Below are positions 63,377 through 64,000 of a stretch of 64,000 nucleotides of DNA, piece by piece. The translations under genes were made by a program, and so were the position numbers. Source of the DNA: Nitrososphaeraceae archaeon (GTDB lineage Archaea > Thermoproteota > Nitrososphaeria > Nitrososphaerales > Nitrososphaeraceae); assembly GCA_044870765.1 (NCBI GenBank), contig JBIOZG010000028.1:1-64000 (forward strand). Reading direction: 5' to 3'. Position 1 is the first letter of the stretch. Each line of letters begins with the position of its first letter. The notes beneath the pieces are model-generated. The model saw only the letters and a program-made list of their open reading frames with translations, had not been told where the DNA came from and did not search any database.

Positions 63377-64000
63377 CAAGATTAAACTGTACTGATTCTT
63401 TGGATCAGTAAAGTTTGCGATTACTTGAAGACCTGCGTTCTTAACTAATCCATAAAGTCTATTTTTTGAATATTTGTAAGAATTTTCTGTGTGAATGGTT
63501 TCACCTTCTTTGAAATGAAACTCCTTACCAATAGCTCCAATACTTACTTTTTGATCTAACTTTGATTCCAAATGCATTTCAATTCTATGCTCGCGTAAAT
63601 TATAAAATGACTTGTGTTCAAATGACGATAACTCAAAGTCTCCATCAAGTTCCTTATTAATTCTTGACAAGACATTCAGGTTAAATTGTGATGTTTTACC
63701 TCTCTTGTCATTATATGCCTTCTCTAAAATTGATTTGTCTTTTTCAAGGTCAAAACCAATCAATAGTGCATCGTCATTGCGAATATATTTTGATAAAGAG
63801 TGCAAAAATGCGTTCGCCTCTTTGGGATCAAAATTTCCAATGCTTGATCCTAAGAATATTATTAACCTTTTATCAGGAATGTTTCTTTTAAATTTCATAA
63901 ATTCATTTATCTTGATTAGTCCTTTGACATAATCAGAGCAAACGCCAAAGATTCGCAAATTCGAATACTCTCTGGATAGGTCTCCAATAGATTTTTTTAA
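63344..64000 (-). CDS. egtD: L-histidine N-alpha-methyltransferase, 3' part (5' end outside the window)
   Basis: FLGSSIGNF, AYND..G.T..FN.N.L..IN.EL, IHTENSYKY; frame open to the window edge. Confidence 0.9.
   Translation of the reverse strand, partial: LKKSIGDLSREYSNLRIFGVCSDYVKGLIKINEFMKFKRNIPDKRLIIFLGSSIGNFDPKEANAFLHSLSKYIRNDDALLIGFDLEKDKSILEKAYNDKRGKTSQFNLNVLSRINKELDGDFELSSFEHKSFYNLREHRIEMHLESKLDQKVSIGAIGKEFHFKEGETIHTENSYKYSKNRLYGLVKNAGLQVIANFTDPKNQYSLILLKKIPYTSKS

Overview
This is an AT-rich archaeal chromosome segment. Gene content (PINA, aIF1, eS1, KEOPS Pcc1, tRNA splicing endonuclease, many CHRD/NHL/Asp-box/PQQ-sugar-dehydrogenase/DUF6659-like proteins, frequent TTG starts) points to an ammonia-oxidising Nitrososphaeraceae, Nitrosocosmicus-like by inference. 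The housekeeping blocks are rps15-DHH-pcc1-serS, rps3ae-RNase P genes, purEK, purFLQ, endA, hom and egtB/egtD. About 22 kb of accessory DNA separates serS from rps3ae; it is rich in secreted-protein genes, gene relics and a family of short CTGGTGGG...CCCACCAG hairpin repeats that show covariation. Main leads: (1) a tandem-SDR protein resembling the CoA-acylating half of Chloroflexus malonyl-CoA reductase, a candidate for the step I recall as unassigned in the thaumarchaeal HP/HB cycle; (2) the dispersed hairpin repeat family; (3) a small gene apparently split by a ~1 kb inversion; (4) an astacin protease fused to a PLL-type lectin propeller; (5) a doubled AlgG-like beta-helix protein; (6) tandem NikR-style operators upstream of a ZnuABC-type transporter. 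No rRNA, intact tRNA, CRISPR array or transposase was seen. All family assignments come from motif recognition, not database searches.
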